A stretch of DNA of 64,000 nucleotides from positions 134,044,001-134,108,000 of the forward strand of contig OX597816.1 of NCBI GenBank assembly GCA_951406725.2, read 5' to 3'. The position numbers and the translations under genes are program-made. Shown one piece after another: positions 37,860 through 52,123 of the stretch (position 1 is the stretch's first letter; each line of letters begins with the position of its first letter). The notes under the pieces are model-generated. The model was not told where the DNA came from. It made no database searches and saw nothing but the letters and a program-made list of their open reading frames with translations. Source of the stretch: Octopus vulgaris. Lineage: Eukaryota.

Positions 37860-38410
37860 GGAGGGATTAGATGATTAAATTAATCACGTTTCTTGTCTGC
37901 TATTTGTTTTATCAACCCCGAAAAGTTATGAAATGCAAAAACCTACTCTAGAGAGATTTGAGCGAAGAGCAACACCAGAGACATAAAACAATTTTGGGAC
38001 AATGCCAGCAACTTCAGGGGAGTGGGCAAGTCGATGTAATCGACCCAGTATTCATCTGATACTTATTTTATCGACCCCGAAAGGATGAAAGGAAAATACG
38101 ACCCCGGTACAGTTTGAACTGAGAACGTAAAGACGGACGAAATGCCGCTAAGCACTTTGCCCGGCATGCTTACGATTCTATCATCTCGCTGCCATGGTTT
38201 CAAATTTTGGCATAAGGCCAACAGTTTTAAGGAAGTAGGTAAGTCGGTTATATCAACCTCCATAGCTCGTCTCATATTTATTTTATTGACCCTGCAAAAA
38301 AAAAAAAAAAAAATTGAAGGATAAAGTGAACGAAATTTGAACTCATAAGGTAAAGACGAACGAAATGTCGCGAAGTGGGTTGGGCTAACGCTTCTGCCAG
38401 CTGGCCGCAT
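37860..38410 (-). mobile_element. Cluster of diverged SINE family 1 copies
   Basis: Three partial matches to TACTTATTTTATCGACCCCGAAAGGATGAAAGG and the head. Confidence 0.75.
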
Positions 38411-39065
38411 TAAAAGCGTAAAATAATAACAATGATGATAAATGGAATAATAAATTCATAGCCGCAATTAACCACAACAATAATAAAGGTGATATGCAAT
38501 TTTAACGACTTTAATTATCACTCATGCATAATGAAGTAATTACGACTCGTATAATTGCAAAACACTGCAGAATAATAACAACCTATAGTTTTTATTGCAT
38601 AAGGCAAGCTTGTCAGAGATGTTACTACGTAGAAAAACCGCAAATCGGCTGAATTGCTTCCTTGTGATCTATAACTGTTACCCATTTTAATTTCGTTGTT
38701 GATGACATCTCTCTCTACCAGAAAACATGCATTTAAGCTGCTTTATTTATTTTATTTTTTTTTTTGTTTTAAGCCAATCGAACATATTACTGGTGTGAGC
38801 TTCAGATGTTCACTAAACACGCTTACATACACATCCTATAGGAAGGTGTAATATATTTCAAGGTTATAGACACAGTGAAAAACCAATTTATATTTACTAC
38901 CTCACCACCCACGTTTTTTTTTTTTCGAATATTGTTACTATATAACGGTACGGTATGTTCCACTGAACGCAGTGGAATCGATCTGCTGAAAGATTTGACT
39001 TTTGAACAGATAACCAGTAAGGTCGATGATAAAGTTTAGTTACCTTTAGGTTCATCATACGATGT

Positions 39066-39150
<85 letters not shown>

Positions 39151-39270
39151 GCTGTACAGATGTACATCGTTGTGTGCACGTGTGAGAATATTAAATAAAC
39201 CAATTAATTTTGACTCTAAACTAAAATCAATCAATTTTAGGACTGAAATATGTAAAATCTCAAACATTCA

Positions 39271-39556
39271 TCTCTCTATATATAAACGGCAAAATGTCCG
39301 TGTGTGTGTGTGTGTGTGTGTATGTGTATCCTTTATACAAATCCACAATTTTTCAGTTAGAGGGCTCGCACTTTTTTGTGAATTTTCTATCCAAAACCCA
39401 ATCAAAATTCCCGAAACTTAACACACCAATTGAATGCCAGCTAGCTGTATGTGATTGGTCGAAGATTTGCACAGTACTCGCGTGTATGTGCGCACGCACG
39501 CAGCAGCATATGCATGCACTAGCATATGACCCGGCGTTGCCGGATCATAGTGCTAG
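39271..39556 (+). mobile_element. Non-autonomous Helitron (family H3)
   Basis: A|TCTCTCTATATATAAACGGC 5' end, internal (GT)n, 3' hairpin CCGGCGTTGCCGG and CTAG|T. Confidence 0.78.
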
Positions 39557-41379
39557 TTTACTTATAAAGTTTATATTTAATCACTGTTATATTGATCTAT
39601 CTTTTGTGTACCTGACTATCTATGTGCATGTCTTGTCTCAGGATCTTAATAAAAGTGCCTTCTCTTCTATATCTTGTTCATTTGTTTCATTTGAAATAAT
39701 TTTTTTATATTGTTATAACATACGTTTCTTATTTCCAAGAAGTCGCCTGTAAATATACAATATAGTATTTCATCAGATTATTATTAATATATCGATATTT
39801 TATAGAAATGCACAAACACTGAGCCATACTCTGCATTCTGATATTCTCAAATTCAATGATTTTATTGAATCATAAATGTTTCCAAAAGCCATAGCTTAGT
39901 TAGAGGGAGTGCCAAAACTTTACTTGCTTATCTACTCGTGCTTTTGGCTTTCCATAAATTTGTCTTCGAATTAAAGCAATTATGTGACCTCCAAACAACT
40001 AGAAATTAAAAGCACATCTCATTTATTGCCTGAGGATGAATTATTTCATTCTTAACGACAGTCTCCACTCTATTGTTTGAAAATATTTCCAGTATCATTT
40101 TCTGCCCAAAAACTTCACGAAAGAATCATTGAATAAAGAAATATAAAAGCAAATAAACAAAATACGTTATAGCATAGACTTCAAAATATTTCAATAGAAG
40201 TTAAATATCTAGAAATTTCTAAAATCGAAACACACCTAAATGAAACACTTAAACCCGTCGAGCTAAATGGCTTAGAAAATAAAGTTCTGTTTGCCAATTT
40301 TCATAAAAGAAACAATAGGAACAAATGAAGAAATAAATTCAACTAGTCATTATGCATTTTCATAATTGGTTCAAATTTATTTTCCATTATTTTGTTACTA
40401 GCTATTGTCTATAAGGTATCATCATGTACCACTGACCTAGTTTTTTTTTTTTCACGGTCAAAATGTTCATACTGCATTTGTCTGGTTTCTCTAACGACTA
40501 AAATTGCGACGAAAAACTTAATTTCTGTTGTGCATGTACTCACTGACTTGTTTCGCAAAAACTTTTCAGATTGTAATTAAAGTTTAATTTTCGTTCAAAT
40601 TTAATTTGAAACAACTGGAACTGAAGCCAACTTTTACTGAGAGTTATTCACTTTTATCAGTAAACCAGCCATCGGCCCAGGTTCGATTCCTGGTCGCATC
40701 CTTTATTCCGTTACTATCCTAGTAAAAGTACGAACTTCACAACTCCTATTTCCCTCTGTAGTTAATGGGATTGGGGACCCAATTTTGATTGGTTATAAAA
40801 TGTTAGAATATATGTTTAGTCTATTTGTCGTACATGTGTGTAGCTTAAATAATAGTTACGCTATAGTTTAGGTTTCTTTTTTTTTTTACTTTATATATAG
40901 AAATGAATGCATCGGGTATGGTTGTTTGATTACCTTATATGTTTTGGATGAACTATATCAGTATAACTGTTTTTATTGTCTTGTTTAAGAATGAAGTTAG
41001 AGACCTACGCAGAATCAATACTGTAAGCTTCGGCGATATATTTTGACGGTTATTGTTCCAGACGTACTTATTGCACTCCTTCAAGAATAAATCATTTATT
41101 CAAAATATCATAGTGAATAAATTGCCCATTTACAATTCAATAACGTTTCATAAGTACCAAAGCATTAGAACTACAGCTAGTAACGCTGCAGAATGTTACA
41201 TGGAGCACTGTTTCACATTGTGTGAGGAACTGTGAAGATTGTGAAGGTGAAATACAAATTGCCGTGTTTTAAAAACATCAAGATGCTTTGTGAACTTTTT
41301 AAAATTGTCGATCACTGTGGCGCAGAAATAAAAATGATATAGGTACAAACATTATATCTTATTAATAAGAAAGACCATC

Positions 41380-42483
41380 ACGCTGGGCAAAATGCTAAGA
41401 GGCGTTTCTTCTAACTTTACGTACAAATACCGCCGAGGTGACTTTAGTCCTTTCGAGATCGATAAAATAAGTACCAGTTGAGCACTAAGGTCGATGTAGT
41501 CGACTTAACCGCTCCTCTGAACGTGCTGGCCTTGTGCCAAAATTTAAAACCATTGATAAGAAAGATGAATACAACGAGCTGGGAGAATCGTTAGCACGCT
41601 ACAAAAATGCTTAGCGGCATTTCATCCGTCATTACGTTCTGAGTTCAAATTCTGCTGTGGTCGACTTTGTCTTTCACCTTTTCGGGGTCAGTACTCGGTT
41701 TCTAGTAACCCTCCACCAGGCAAGCGTAGTGGAGGTGCCGGTTTTGTTGCCGACGACCCGACCATGCATCAGGTTGTATACGATTCCCTGTTACCAGTAG
41801 CACTCACGAGAGACCTCACAAGCGACCTGACATAACATACATACACACATACATACACGTATACAATTATACATGCATGCATGGACGGATGTTTGCGTAT
41901 ATAAATAAGGTGAACTGGCAGAATCGTTAGCAGACCGGGCAAAATGCTTAGCGGCATTTCGTCCGTCGCTACTCTCTGAGTCCAAATTCCGCCGAGGTCG
42001 ACTTTGCTAAATTAAGAACCTGTGGGGGATAGATGTAATCGACTAGTCTCCGCTCCCCAAATTTCAGGCCTTGTGCCTTTAGTAGAAAGGATTGGCATAC
42101 TTGTTAGCACGACGGGCTAAACGCTTAGCGGTACTTCGTCTGCCGCTACGTTCTGAGTTCCAATTCCTTCGAGGTCGACTTTGCCTTTCATCCTTTCGAG
42201 GTTGATTAAATAAGTACCAGTTACGCACTGGGGTCGATATAATCGATTAATCCGTTTGTCTGTCGTTGTTTGTCCCCTCTGCGTTTAGCCTCTTGTGGGT
42301 AGTAAAGAAATAGAAATAGGTACTTCGTCTGCCGCTACGTTCTGAGTTCCAATTCCTCCGAGGTCGAGTTTACCTTTCATCCTTTCAGGGTCGATAAATT
42401 AAGAACCAGTTACGCACTGAGATCGATGTAATCGACTTAATCCCTTCCTCCATATTTGAGGCCTTGTGTTTCTACTAGAAAGA

Positions 42484-42485
<2 letters not shown>
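41380..42485 (+). mobile_element. Cluster of SINE family 1 copies including a tail-A/tail-B dimer (42100-42485) ending in (ATT)n
   Basis: Repeated heads and cores; junction AAAGAAATAGAAATAGGTACTTCGTCTG; (ATT)n at 42484-42560. Confidence 0.85.
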
Positions 42486-42560
<75 letters not shown>

Positions 42561-43504
42561 CGGTTAATGCTTCAACAAGTAGAAAAGCATTCGATCAGCT
42601 AAGGCAACTGACAAACGGTCTTGTTCTCAGCTTGAAAAATGGCGAAATAAATCATTATTTCGACCAGGAAACCCTGGGAAGCTGTATTTACAAGATTTGT
42701 GGTTTCTTATAACACCCCCTCCACATATATATGCATACATACAAATATACAAACATGCATGCTTCTACGTATGTTTGTATGCATGTAAGAAAATATATAT
42801 ATACGAGTATGTATACATATGTATACATACTCGTATATATATGTACACACACAAACATACATACATACATACATACTCACACATACAAGACATGCAAACA
42901 TGTATTACGTATATATATATATATATATATGCGTGTATATATATATATATATATATACATACACATACATGCGTGTATATAAACTTACGTGCATCCACTC
43001 GAGCACACACGCATGCAGACGCGCGCGCACGTAAAATACATATCATTCGCAATTAATCATTACCTCATCGCTATATTTAACTGTGATCTTTAAATTCAGG
43101 TAGAAACAAGACGATTTTATGACTAATAGTGTTTATGTTTAGAAAATGCAGATTGAACGATATTTGGAATAATTCCCAGGGCGAGGCTTAACAAGTTCAC
43201 CATATGATCGCTACATATATCCTTTCGTCCTTAATACAATAGGAAAGCTGCCAGATAACCTCTGAATGTTGTGTTAAAGGATAATAAGTGTGTAACTAAT
43301 AATTAGTGCAGAAATGAATTTAACTGTTTTAATTGATGCCAGTGTTAGATGAGAACAAATATGTCTGAATTTTTTTACGAAAGACATAATCGTGTCGGCA
43401 TGTCCTGCAGATAGCTGAACACTCACACACACACAGTGAGTGTCTGTATGTGTTTGCGCCTGTGTGCCTGTATATGTATATGTGTGTATATGTATGTGCT
43501 TGCG

Positions 43505-43563
<59 letters not shown>

Positions 43564-43624
43564 CAAGTAGAACATTTGGGCCGGATATGACCGGTTTGAA
43601 TGCTTAAGGGTTAAGATTGTTTTT

Positions 43625-44500
43625 ACTATCTCCACTTTTGTTCTTGATGAGGAACATTTCCAGAGAGAAGATCTGAAAGTTCCTCGTAATGTAGTAAAGA
43701 CATTGTAGCTTCTTCACTACGCCCCTACCCACCCTAATGCCGAGAAGTTTGTAGAGATGACAATATTAAATTACTTTTTTGTCTTTCCTTCTCACACATC
43801 TTCAATTGTTCAGTCAATGAACCATGGAATGAATGTTACTTACAAGACACTGTGTAAGAAGAATGTTTTTGTTGAAATAAAGATTGTATTGGAAGATGAA
43901 GAAGATGTAGGTAAAGATACAAGGGATAGTGTTGGGAGGTTGCTCACTTCAGAATCTACTGGCTTATAATATTGTCTGCACTATTTAGCTTTGCAAATAC
44001 TTGGACGGAATTGAAGACCACGAAGAAAATATGTTGTTAAATAATATTGCACTTGTTTTGGAATTTGAAGGATTTGAAGCAGATATTACAACTTCTTATT
44101 ATCCATCATCTATCTTTATTCTTCATTGAAAACGCTTTCACTTTTTCCTGTGGAAGCGTATGGGCCTTAAAGTCCTGTTTTCTCTAGAGCCTCTGCACTA
44201 AGACAAATTTGCTTCATAGCGCACCTTTGTGAATGTTAGCAACTGGAAATAGCTAAATACGATTTTCAAAAACGGTAATTGATGAAGATAATCTTGACTA
44301 TCAAGTACTTACTGATGAAGAAACTATGGATAAGGCTCTAAGTAGCAGAATAGAGTCAAACGAAGGCATCGAGGAAGAGAAAATTATACTTGCACGATCA
44401 ACGCTACCCGAAATGAAGAGTCTCGTGGACACTGCCGTCTATTACATAGGGATATCTACTAACTCTAAGATTGTCCCTTACTATGAACATTTTGGGCAGA
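43625..44500 (+). mobile_element. pogo/Tigger-like transposase remnant
   Basis: YAPTHP, FPSHTSSIVQSMNHGM..TYK (cf. LPPNTTSLIQPMDQG..FK) and acidic C-terminal IDEDNLDYQVLTDEE. Interrupted near 44100-44220 by a repeat also seen at ~49190-49280. Confidence 0.7.
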
Positions 44501-45261
44501 ATCAATGTTGGAGTGTTTAAGTAAAAGTCTATTTCTTTTCGTTAATTTATTTTTGCTCTCTCTTCTATTTCATTTCTGACAGCTTTTAAGCATATCTTAT
44601 GTAGCAATAAGCACTTAAGGATGATCGTAAAGTATATCAATCGACGTTTACAGAGAAGATAAAAGACAGAAATATGAAAGCTCAATGAATATAATTTTAA
44701 AGTCAAATGAAAAATATCGCTAAAATATCGGCTGGTTTCAGAATCCTTTGAAATTGGCTAGGACCACCTTGTTTGATGCAAGAAATCAATATTATTGATT
44801 TTTGTGTGTTGAGAGTAATGAAGGAATGTCAGCTAAAATGGTTTGAAATATTTAGTCACTTTGTGTTCTGAGTTCAATTTCCGCTGAGGTCAACTGAGAA
44901 CGTGTGCCTATGTTATAAATCATTATCATTGACTTTTTGGTTGCCTGTAGGTTTTAATATTGCTGTTACTTCTTTCCTTCATTCCTTCTTTCTTTGTAGT
45001 CTTTTGCATTTCAGTTCAGAGTTCATTTTCTCTTTTTATCATGCAACGAATTAAATAAGTTGTGAACGTCTAAGAATCTTGCAGAAGATGGGAGGTTATT
45101 GAATGACGACGAACTGACAAGAAGCAGACAAGTTGTTAGATAATAATTTCCAAGATAATATACAATATTAAAAAGCTAAAACCATGAAGGTCACAGTTAC
45201 TTCAGGCCTTCACACTAGTTTTGGCTTTCGCTCCACCATTTCCTAATGAGAAAGTTTATTA

Positions 45262-45299
<38 letters not shown>

Positions 45300-45352
45300 T
45301 CTCCCTCTCTCTCTCTCTCACATTCACAACACACACGCACATACACACACAC

Positions 45353-45384
<32 letters not shown>

Positions 45385-45824
45385 TCACACGTACATACAC
45401 ACCTATATTATACTTTCCTTCAACTTTGTAACCTGGCCAGTTAAAATTCTAATTTTAGAGCTAGCACTTAGCTGCTCTTTCTGAATGTCTCACTACTTCC
45501 TATCTTCATTAAGTTTTTAGACTATGTTTAACCCTCATCCCGGCGGGGTCACCTGAGTGAAGCTGTCTGGTGTTGAAATTCATAAAATATTTAATGACCC
45601 TCGGAAACATCACCGATGATGTATTCAGCTTCATTACAGGATGAGGTATGGAAAAACATTATTCTCTTTACTCTGCTGGTTTAGAATCTGAAATATTTTC
45701 CGTTAACAGAAATAATAGCTCGTTGGACAAAACGCTTTTTCGGTATTTAGCTGTGTTCTATTATACTATGAGTGCATATCCTTCCGTGACCGACGTTGTC
45801 TTTCATTATTAGAAATCGAAAAGG

Positions 45825-46245
45825 GTGAGGTGATAGAATCGTTGGCACGTTGGGCAAAATGTTTAGCGGCATTTCGTCCGTCTTCGCGTTCTGAGTGCAA
45901 ATTCCACCGAGATCGACTTTGTCTTTCAACCTTCGGGATCGATAAAGTACGTACCAGTGGAGTACTAGGGTCGACATAATCATTTTACATCCTCTCCTGA
46001 AAATGCTGGCCTTGTGCCAAATTTAAAAATCATTATTAGGAATTGTCCTCAAGGCGGCGAACTGGTGGCATTGTTAGCACGCTGTAAAGACGGGCAAAAT
46101 GCTTAACGGCATTTCGCCCGTCTTTACGTACGCTTTGCTTTGTATCCTTTCAAGATCGAGAAGATAAGTACCAGTCAAGCACTGGCATCGATGTAATCGA
46201 CAATACCCTTCCCCAAAATGTCAGGCTGTGTGCGAAAGGATTATT
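45825..46245 (+). mobile_element. Two adjacent SINE family 1 copies
   Basis: Heads at ~45825 and ~46053, each with core and tail. Confidence 0.8.
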
Positions 46246-47058
46246 AGAACTATCTTGATAAAAATATTTTGGCCTTGAGCCTAAATTAGAAACAATTCAT
46301 TCGCTTTATCCTAGTTGTTATTCACTTCTACTGTTGGATCTGAGTTGCTTCTTGCAACCTCCCCCCCAACCCCCAAACACTTAAAGGATATCTTTCATTG
46401 TTACCAACTGAAAGTCGTTCATCCGAGACAAATCTTTTACGAATCGATTAACAAGAGAGGAATGTTATTTTGCAAGACATAGCTAGCCTGTGCAAACTTC
46501 GACCCACATCAAACAAATTTCATCTACACATTTTAAGTACCCTATTATTTCTCATCAACTCAGTAATCTCAGATAATTTAATGATAGTCACCTTTTCAAC
46601 CGTCCAACCGTTTGTATTTTTTCTGTTTTTTTTTTATTTTATTTATTTATTTTTTTTTTTCATGTATTTACTCTAACCTTTTTCTGAATTCTCATTTTGG
46701 AATCTCATTCCCGTTATCATCACTGGAACAAAGCAGGCAAATTCAGTAAATTCTTCCGTTAATAATATTCATCGGGTAGCTGCATCAGATAGTATTTCAA
46801 CCATAACCACGATACAGTATGTTCCAGAACTGCTTCCTTTCCACAGCAAACTATCTAACCATTTTGCATTTACCGACTATTTTACCTCAAGCTATAGAAA
46901 CACTCAAGTAAAGTTCATACGAGGAAAGGAATGCATTCTCATTCAATTGTTCACTGTCTGTCTGTCTCTGTTTGTCTATTTCTGTTTGTCTGTTTCTGTT
47001 TGTCTGTCTGTCTCTGTCTCTGTCTCTCTTTCTCTCTCTCCCTTTCTCTCGCTCCCTC

Positions 47059-47105
<47 letters not shown>

Positions 47106-47368
47106 ACACTTATTATGGAAACAAATAAAAAAATGACTCAACATTATCAGCTTAAATTAGATTTTTCCTTCTCTTGACATTCAGAATATATTTCCATAAA
47201 ATATATTGATATTTCTCTAAAATATACTAGTGATATTTTTTTAACTCTTCTCACCAATATATTTCTATGAAATCAGGTCCACATAGAAATGTATCTTACA
47301 TTGTTCATTTATAGATGACCTACAAGGCTTTGTTATCTTTCCCACGCTATTTCCACTCTATATGCATA

Positions 47369-48239
47369 CGAGGTTTGATCAATAAGTATCCCGATGTTGC
47401 CATAGTACTGAAGCTAAAGTACGCAGTGAAGTTGATTGGTACAGATTGACCTTGAATTCAGCTGTGCATGAGCAAAACGTTTTAACGTTCTAGCTCACTT
47501 CCGCTGTTTACATCAGTGCTTCGAAGTAACTCGTATAGCGTATTATCGTTGCATTGACCATGACAGAGAAAATGGTCATGGCGATATCTGCTCAGAGGCC
47601 TACGCAAAGTTGCAGAAAGTGTATGTAGAGGAGTGTATGAGCCGCACACAAGTGTACGAGTGGTTTAGATGTTTCCAAGATGGCCGAAAATATATCGATA
47701 TTGACGAACGTGCTGGGAGGCCCTCAACCAGCAGAACTAAGGAAAACATTGCAGATGTGCGTGCAGCTGTGAGGGGAAATCGTCGAATTACCATCCGGAA
47801 GTTCTCAGAGAATGTGCAGATTAGTTACGGTTCAGTTCACTCCATTATCACTGAAGATTGGGGTATGGGACGCGTGTCTGCCAAGTTTGTGCCAAAACTG
47901 CTTTCAGCTGACCAAATAGACACTCGGGTTTCAGTTGCACAAGATCTTGTGTCGAGAACGATGAAAACTTTTTGAAAACTTTGCTCAGGCAGGTATCGCC
48001 AAGCTTTTGGCAGAATTTGATGCAGATTCTCTGCTCAACTTACTCTGTCATGGTCAATGCGACGATCACACGCTATACACCTTCCTTCCAAGCACTGCTA
48101 TAAACAGCGGAAGAGAGCTAGAACGTTAAAACTTTGTGCACATGCACAGCAGAGCTCAAGGTCAATCTGTGCCGAGCGGCTTTACTCTGCGTGCTTCGTT
48201 ACTATGGTAACAGTCTGGATACTTATTGATCAGCCAACG
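47369..48239 (+). mobile_element. Non-autonomous mariner derivative with long inverted ends and HTH-only ORF (47610-47975)
   Basis: TA|CGAGGTTTGATCAATAAGTATCC ... GGATACTTATTGATCAGCCAACG|TA. ORF has MSRTQVYEWFRCFQDGR, RAGRPSTS, NRRITIR and AKFVPKLL, with no catalytic domain. Confidence 0.92.
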
Positions 48240-49394
48240 TATGTGTAGATGATACTATTTTACATGCCCCTACCTTCCTTCCTTTGCACAATCAAGCTTA
48301 GGTGTTTTGGCTTGATTGTAAAAACAAAAGTCGTATACGCATTTAAAAGACTTCACTAAGACTCTCCAAATACCAACTCATTCACAAGATATGTTCTTAA
48401 ACTGTCTCATATTCGATCACAAGAAAGGTCTCGGCTCCCCCGAATTTCATGAGTAACACAGTTACTCAAATTTACTCTCTGCTGCCTTTCTTCTTACCGC
48501 TTCTCCCACTATGATCCCGTGCTAAAAATCTTCGACATTCCTTTCTTTCCAACATTGAACACCTTTGGATCCCTTTCTTCGGCCGTTTTCATCCAGCCAC
48601 TAACCAGCAAGGATTGAAACTGAATATTAACTGTATGTCCCTAACTTTCTACCTATAAATATCTAAAAAGAAAAGAAAATTGTCACTGTCGGTCCTCTTC
48701 AGAATAAAAATTTGGTATAAATTCAAACGAAATTCTCTGAGCTTCGGCTGTTTCAGATAACTGTATGTCTGTATTTGGTCTCCATTTATCAATCAATATA
48801 TTTCTATATTTAGCCATACCTTGAAAGTTGTAGCTACATGTACAACCATCTCAGCATCTCAGTTTTCGCATGAACGCGTTGGTATATATCAATAGTTATG
48901 TGCAGTAGTTTATAAATACAGAAAATCACGTACCTAGAAACAATGCTGTCAATATTTTACATGCTTACGTTAAATTTTGTCTGACAACTATTTTTTCCCT
49001 AATATTCGAAGTATTGTGAAATAATTTATTTTGCTGGTCTCTGTTTCATTAAGCAAAAGTTTAGCTCCCGGCTACTTGAAACAGCCACACAGTCTAAATA
49101 CCATGTTGAAACCAACTCCCATCACTTAGCGCTGCTAATATCACCGGGGGCAAATAGCAATTACAACTTCTCATTACCGATCACCTGTCTTCATTCTCCA
49201 ATGAAAACGTTTTCATTTCATACCCTGAAGCACATGGGCCTTAAAAGCTTGTTTTCCCTAGAGTATTTGCGCTACGAGAGATTAATTAATCGTTATGATT
49301 TCGATTCTCTATTCAAACTTCGTCATTCTGTTTACATTGCTAATATCTCAAATAAATATATGCCTGTTTAAGATCACATCCCTAAACTATAAAT

Positions 49395-51400
49395 TGTTTC
49401 AGATTTTGGCTCGAGGCCAGCAATGTTTTGGGGGAAGGGACTTGTCGATTACATAAAATCCCAGTGTTCAACTGGTACTTATTTTATCGATCCCGAAAGG
49501 ATGGAAGGTACAGTCGATCTCGCAGGAATTTGATCTCAGAACGTAAAGATGGACGAAATATAATAAAATACTTAGCAGAATTTCGTCCATCTTTACGTTC
49601 TGAGACGAAATTCCACCGAGGTGGATTTTTACCTTTCCCCTAAATTATAAATACAAAGCTTTTGTACTGAGTTAAAATTTTATTTTTATTTTTATTTTTG
49701 TGATGACACAGCACACTGTCCGTCCCCATTTTGTGATATCAGAGGCCTTGTAAACATTTAAGATATCAATATTATATTTCATAGAAGCGGCGAGCTGGCA
49801 GAATCGTTGGCACACCGGGCAAAATGCTTAGCGACTTCGTCCGTTTTTATGTTCTGAGTTCAAATTCCACTGAAGTTGACTTTGCCGTTCATCCTTCTCC
49901 TGGTCAATAAAATAAAGTACCAGTTGAGCACTGGAGTCGATGTAATCGACTTTCCTCCTCGCCCCAAATTACTAGCCTTATGCCAAAATGTGAAACCAAT
50001 ATTTGATTTCATGATCTAACATACATAAAAAATATATTATTTCTATTTCAGTTTTATCTTATTTACACTGTATCATGATAGTATCATTTTTATATTCACG
50101 TACTATATAGATTTCTATTTTAGTCTCCTACCTACCTTATTCATATGAGGGGCTTTTTATTTTTATTTCCCCATGTTTTGAAACTAATGTGACATTGTCT
50201 CGTGACCGTAGTGAATCGTTGGATCATCTCAGAGGACGTATTTTTGATGTCAAGAGTGAGTCGGCTTCATGAAAGTGTTGACAACAACCGAAAATATTTT
50301 TTGTGAATATAAATTAGTCAGAAGAGAGGTTGTACCTATCATTTTTGCAGGCCGTTCCAGTCTGTTGAAGTTGAGGTGGCTGATACGCAGCCTGAACGTG
50401 AACTACATGTCAATGTCTACAAGAAAAACTGGGAGCAGCAAGAGAACCGTGGAGTCTAGTTCAAATGCTTATAGCAGAATGAACATCGCTAAATGCATTC
50501 ATAAACGAAATTATTGTGTTAAACGAAGCGGTATGTTAGATAGTAAATGAAATAAAATACATCGCAAGCAAGTGAGCACATAAAGAAAAAGAAAAAAATT
50601 CACCATCATGTAGTTCTGCTTGATTCATGGTGTTACTGAACAGCATAACTTATTTCAATTTAAGACACTTTTTTGCATATAGATAAATCTAGGTCTATAT
50701 AAAGAATCAGCTTGTTGTTAGTCATTACTGGTGGATTTACAGAATCATTAGGGTGCCGGACAAAATGCTTTACAGTGTTTGTCCCGGCTTTTTATGTTCT
50801 GAGTTCAAATCCCACCGTGGTTGACTTTGCCTTCCATCCTTTCGGGCTCGATAGTATAAGTACCAGCCAAAAACTGAGATCAATGTAATAGACTTTCCCC
50901 CATTTCAAAATTGCTGGCCTTGTGCCAAAATAAAGAGAATTAATATTATTATTAGATGAGCTAACAGAATCATTATCGCGTTCAACTAAAATGTTTAACG
51001 GAATTTTTTCTGACTCTTTACGTTATATTTTTAAATCCCTCTGAAATCAACTTTGCCTTTTATTCTTTTTGGGGTCGATAAAATAAGTACCAGCTGTGCA
51101 TTGGTGTAGATGTAATCAAGTTATTTCCTCCTCTAAAATTGCTGCGCATTGCTGGCTATGTGCCAAAATTTGAAAAGAATTATTATCGTTATTATTAGTA
51201 AAAACATAAAAAAAAAGAGAAATCTGAACTTGATGGAAATTAAATTTAATAAAGTGTACAGCCACAAAATTGGCCAATGAAGTAGATATTGATTTCAAAT
51301 TTTTGATACAAAGTTAGTAATTCCGGGGGCAGGGAGCAAGTCGATTACATCGATCCTCAGTGCTTAACTGGTACTTATTTTATCGACCCCGAAAAGAATG
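49395..51400. mobile_element. Five or more dispersed SINE family 1 copies (49395-49630, 49787-50000, 50730-50935, 50955-51185, 51290-51400)
   Basis: Each matches the head and/or the GTCGATAAAATAAGTACCAG core and the GGCCTTGTGCCAAAA tail. Confidence 0.75.
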
Positions 51401-52091
51401 AAATAAATGTTACGAAGTGTGTGTGTGTGTGTGTGGGGGTAATCAAGTGTGTACACAATGTAGAGTACTGAAGAGAATATCACAAAATGAGATACAGGAT
51501 ATCATGAAGTGTGACACTGTAGTAAATACTACATAGTGATTTACTGGAGGTAAGTAAGAGGATACTGATATGTGTACTACAAAGTGGGGCACTTATATAG
51601 ATGATGATGTTTGTGCTGTCTTGTCAGATGATAGCCGTCTTACATTCTGACAGTGAAACGTCTGTACGTCGTTGGATTTAAGTGACAAAAGCTTGCACAA
51701 CACTTTTTGCTACTCTTTCGGTCGGCATTGGAGGTTCCAGTGACAAGCATTGCAAGATGACCGACACTATCTCGATTGCAAGTTTTATGTCAGAGCATCT
51801 TTCTCATAGAAGAGCTACTTTCCCCACGGCTTTGTCAAACATAACGGGAGCCCCTTCAACCCCAGGGAAATATATTTTTAACCCATAGTACCCTGTCAGG
51901 TACTACCGTTACGGGTCAGAACGGAGATGGGAGTAATTAAAGAGTGACTCAACGCTCTGCACAACTCCAGAGATCCCGTTGGTTTTATGTATGTATGTAT
52001 GTATGTATGTATGTATGCATGTATGTATGTATGTATGTATGTATGTATGTATGTATGTATGTATGCATGTATGTATGTATGCATGTATGTA

Positions 52092-52123
<32 letters not shown>

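Noticed and set aside
40675-40700. tRNA-like T-arm CCAGGTTCGATTCCTGG
   Set aside because: Only a B-box hairpin; no D-arm, anticodon arm or acceptor stem can be formed.
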